A DNA stretch of 64,000 bases from Eledone cirrhosa (Eukaryota). The stretch is taken from assembly GCA_964016885.1 (NCBI GenBank), contig OZ024756.1, forward strand, positions 10,912,001 to 10,976,000. The letters are read 5' to 3'. The notes under the pieces are model-generated. The model was not told the DNA's origin, did no database searches, and saw only the letters and a list, made by a program, of their open reading frames with translations. Both the position numbers and the translations under genes were made by a program. The first letter of the stretch is position 1. Every line of letters begins with the position of its first letter. Positions 59,995 through 64,000 of this stretch are shown one piece after another.

Positions 59995-60717
59995 CATCAT
60001 CTTCGTTTAACGTCCATCTTCTACGCTAGCATGGGTTAGACGGAAGTTGGCCCACTTGAGGCAAGGTTGGTCGAGTGACCGTGTCTCTCTCATATAGGAC
60101 TATCTGGCAGGGTTTCTACGGCTGGATGCCCTTCCTAACACCAACCACATTTACAGTGTGGAACTGGGAACTTTTTACCGTGTTACCTACACGGCCTCAT
60201 TACAGCGTGGACTGTGTGTGTTTTTTTTGTCGTGACACCTACACAATCTCGATCTCATTATCTCATTTATTTGGACTGGATGCTGTGGTACCAACTTTAC
60301 AGAGAGAGGGTGGTGTTGGTGGGAGTGGGAGAATAGGGTAGGGGTAGTGGATTGTGGTGTATATTTGGTTAAGAGGTGCCTACTGACTGTAAGTTTCGCT
60401 TTGTACATAGGCAAGGCGGGTCTTCTGTATTACTGTGTACTAAGGTCTCGGCCCAGTGACATTGTCTTAGAGCGGAGTGTGTAAGGTCAGAATTTAACAG
60501 ATCGTCCTAGGTTTTTCTGAGTCTACCTACTCCGTAACTACCATCAATTTTGATCGCCCTGCACTTTTTCATACAGCTGTCGTCTTTCATGCGCATCACG
60601 TGGCCTTACCAACGTAGTCTTCTCTCAAGTAAACATCTGATCCCTCTTATTCCTAATTTCTCACTTAGTTCATTTATGCTTTGCCGTTCACGTATATTAC
60701 TATTACACATCCAACAT
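59995..60717 (-). mobile_element. RTE 3' fragment (subfamily B), degenerate
   Basis: Reverse complement of 6175-6886. Confidence 0.85.
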
Positions 60718-60849
60718 ATATACATATATACACACACTCATATGCATATATATATATATATAAATATACATGCTTACACACACACACAATGACATTATAC
60801 ATACATGTATATGCACGCACGCACACACACATACACATATATACACACA

Positions 60850-61605
60850 CAAACACACACAGAGTTAACACACACATATACAAACACACAAAGTTAACAC
60901 ACCCATATACACACACACACACAGAGTTAACACACACAAACACTCAGAGTTAACACACACATATACACACACACACAAAGTTAACACACACATATACACA
61001 CACACACAGAGTTAACACACACAAACACTCACAGAGTTAACACACACACAAACACACACAAAGTTAACACACACATATACACACACACACAAAGTTAACA
61101 CACACATATACACACACAGAGTTAACACACACAAACACACAGAGTTAACACACACAAACACTCACAGAGTTAACACGCACATATACACACACACACAAAG
61201 TTAACACACACATATACACACACACACACAGAGTTAACACACACACAAACACACAAAGTTAACACACACATATACACACACACACACACAGAGTTAACAC
61301 ACACATATACACACACACACAAAGTTAACACACACATATACACACACACACAGAGTTAACACACACAAACACTCAGAGTTAACACGCACATATACACACA
61401 CACACAAAGTTAACACACACATATACACACACACACACACAAAGTTAACACACACACATATACACACACACACACAGAGTTAACACACACAAACACTCAC
61501 AGAGTTAACACACACAAACACACACAAAGTTAACACACACATATACACACACACATACACACACACACAAAGTTAACACACACATATACACACACAAAGT
61601 TAACA

Positions 61606-61639
<34 letters not shown>

Positions 61640-61672
61640 AAGTTAACACACACATATACACACACACAAAGT

Positions 61673-61750
<78 letters not shown>
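60850..61750. repeat. CA-rich minisatellite with recurring AGTTAAC core
   Basis: Directly visible. Confidence 0.9.
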
Positions 61751-61752
<2 letters not shown>

Positions 61753-62039
61753 TCCTTCATATGATATATATAGTTAAAAAAACGCTACATTTGAAGTGTC
61801 ACTTACATTTGGTAGAGTACATTTGTGTTAGAAAGCATTATCTTCACATTTGCTACATGAACATGTAGCAGGTGCCATGTTGTATCTAAAGGTGTTTGCT
61901 AAGAGTCTGATATTCTAGTTCTACATATTACCACATAGCAAGCTGGCATCACACAACACCTCCCCCTTCAACTATACTGCACTTGTCTTCACTTTCACAC
62001 TTGCCCTTTGCTGTTCGCACAACTTTATTTCTTCTTTTT

Positions 62040-63215
62040 GTGTCTTCTACAGCTCTCTGTCAATACACTGTGGCCATGCTGGGGCACCACATCCTTTAAT
62101 GTCTTCTACAGCTCTCTGTCAATACACTGTGGCCATGCTGGGGCACCACATGCTTTAATGTCTTCTACAGCTCTGAGACAATACACTGTGGCCATGCTGG
62201 GGCACCATATTCAGACTCTGGCCATGCTGGGGCACCACACCCTTTAATGTCTTCTACAGCTCTCTGTCAATACACTGTGGCCATGCTGGGGCATCACACG
62301 GTTTAATGTCTCCTACAACTCTCTGTCAATACACTGTGGCCATGCTGGGGCACCACACCCTTTAATGTCTTCTACAGCTCTCTGTCAATACACTGTGGCC
62401 ATGCTGGGGCACCACACCCTTTAATGTCTTCTACAACTCTCTGTCAATACACTGTGGCCATGCTGGGGCACCACACCCTTTAATGTCTTCTACAGCTCTC
62501 TGTCAATACACTGTGGCCATGCTGGGGCACCACACCCTTTAATGTCTTCTACAGCTCTGAGACAATACCCTGTGGCCATGCTGGGGCACCACACCCTTTA
62601 ATGTCTTCTACAGCTCTGAGACAATACACTGTGGCCATGCTGGGGCACCACACCCTTTAATGTCTTTTACAGCTCTCAGACAATACCCTGTGGCCATGCT
62701 GGGGCACCACACCCTTTAATGTCTTCTACAGATCTGTCAATACACTGTGGCCATGCTGGGGCACCACACCCTTTAATGTCTTCTACAGCTCTCTGTCAAT
62801 ACACTGTGGTCATGCTGGGGCACCACACCCTTTAATGTCTTCTACAGCTCTCAGACAATACCCTGTGGCCATGCTGGGGCACCACACCCTTTAATGTCTT
62901 CTACAGCTCTCAGACAACCCTGTGGCCATGCTGGGGCACCATATTCAGACTGTGGCCATGCTGGGGCACCACACCCTTTAATGTCTTCTACAAGTCTCAG
63001 ACAATACACTGTGGCCATGCTGGAGCACCATATTCAGACTGTTGCCATGCTGGGGCACCACACTCTTTTATGTCTTCTACAGTTCTGAGACAATACATTG
63101 TGGCCATGCTGGGGCACCACACCCTTTAATGTCTTCTACAAGTCTCAGACAATACACTGTGGCCATGCTGGAGCACCATATTCAGACTCTGGCCATGCTG
63201 AGGCACCACATACTT
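62040..63215. repeat. 57-59-bp satellite containing the reverse complement of the CR1-group LINE tail (TGGCCATGCTGGGGCACCAC)
   Basis: Period 59 visible. The motif matches GTGGTGCCCCAGCATGGCC at 52517 and GGTGCCCCAGCATGGCC at 24883. Confidence 0.9.
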
Positions 63216-63244
63216 TTATTCTTTTTCTGGTTTCGATCATTAGA

Positions 63245-64000
63245 TATCAACTGGACATAACGGATCTGTAGAGCTCAACTGGACATAACAGATTTGTAGA
63301 GGTCAACTGGACATAACAGATGTATAGATGTTAACTGGACATAGCAGATCTATAGATGTCAACTGGACATAACAGATCTGTAGAGCTCAACTGGACATAA
63401 AAGATCTATAGATGTCAACTGGACATAACAGATCTGTAGAGCTCAAATGGACATAACAGATCTATAGATGTCAACTGGACATAACAGATCTGTAGATGTC
63501 AACTGGACATAAGAGATCTGTAAGGCTCAACTGGACATAACAGATCTATAGATGTTAACTGGACATAACAGATCTATAGATGTCAACTGGACATAACAGA
63601 TTTGTAGTGGTCAACTGGACATAACAGATCTATAGATGTCAACTGGACATAACAGATCTGTAGAGCTCAACTGGACATAACAGATCTATAGATGTCAACT
63701 GGACATAACAGATCTGTTGATGTCAACTGGTCATAACAGATCTGTAGAGCTCAACTGGACATAACAGATCTATAGATGTTAACTGGACATAACAGATCTG
63801 TAGATGTCACCTAGACATAACAGATTTGTAGAGGTCAACTGGACATAACAGATCTATAGATGTTAACTGGACATAACAGATCTATAGATGTCAACTGGAC
63901 ATAACAGATCTGTAGATGTCAACTGGTCATAACAGATCTGTAGAGCTCAACTGGACATAACAGATCTATAGATGTTAACTGGACATAACAGATCTGTAGA
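63245..64000. repeat. 28-bp satellite (TCAACTGGACATAACAGATCTATAGATG), often alternating variants; runs off the window
   Basis: Period 28 visible. Confidence 0.95.

Noticed and set aside
61800-62055. Possible exon(s) beside the 59-bp satellite
   Set aside because: Splice-like signals occur on both strands with only short frames; ambiguous without RNA data.

Overview
Eukaryotic, AT-rich and almost entirely repetitive sequence. The LINE/SINE tails and microsatellite load suggest an octopod cephalopod (inference only). No confidently identifiable host gene is present. The centrepiece is an intact RTE-clade LINE ORF (35136-38255: APE endonuclease + RT, with a PHD-type C4HC3 finger inside the RT region). 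Its 5' end runs directly into a ~9.8-kb, nearly invariant higher-order array of 95/98-bp monomers plus a ~306-bp spacer (25076-34890), and the whole unit is flanked on both sides by the same TA/CA minisatellite. Also present: many truncated RTE copies, partner tRNA-CORE SINEs, a second SINE family, CR1-group and CRE-like LINE fragments, a Gypsy gag relic, a mariner relic, two non-autonomous Helitrons, Penelope-like (PLE) GIY-YIG remnants and several satellites, two of them visibly derived from LINE sequence. Manual reading found about ten minimal type I hammerhead ribozyme motifs (CUGANGA...GAAA...UH), several inside long fold-back palindromes typical of PLE pseudo-LTRs. All coordinates were counted by hand and may be off by a few bases.
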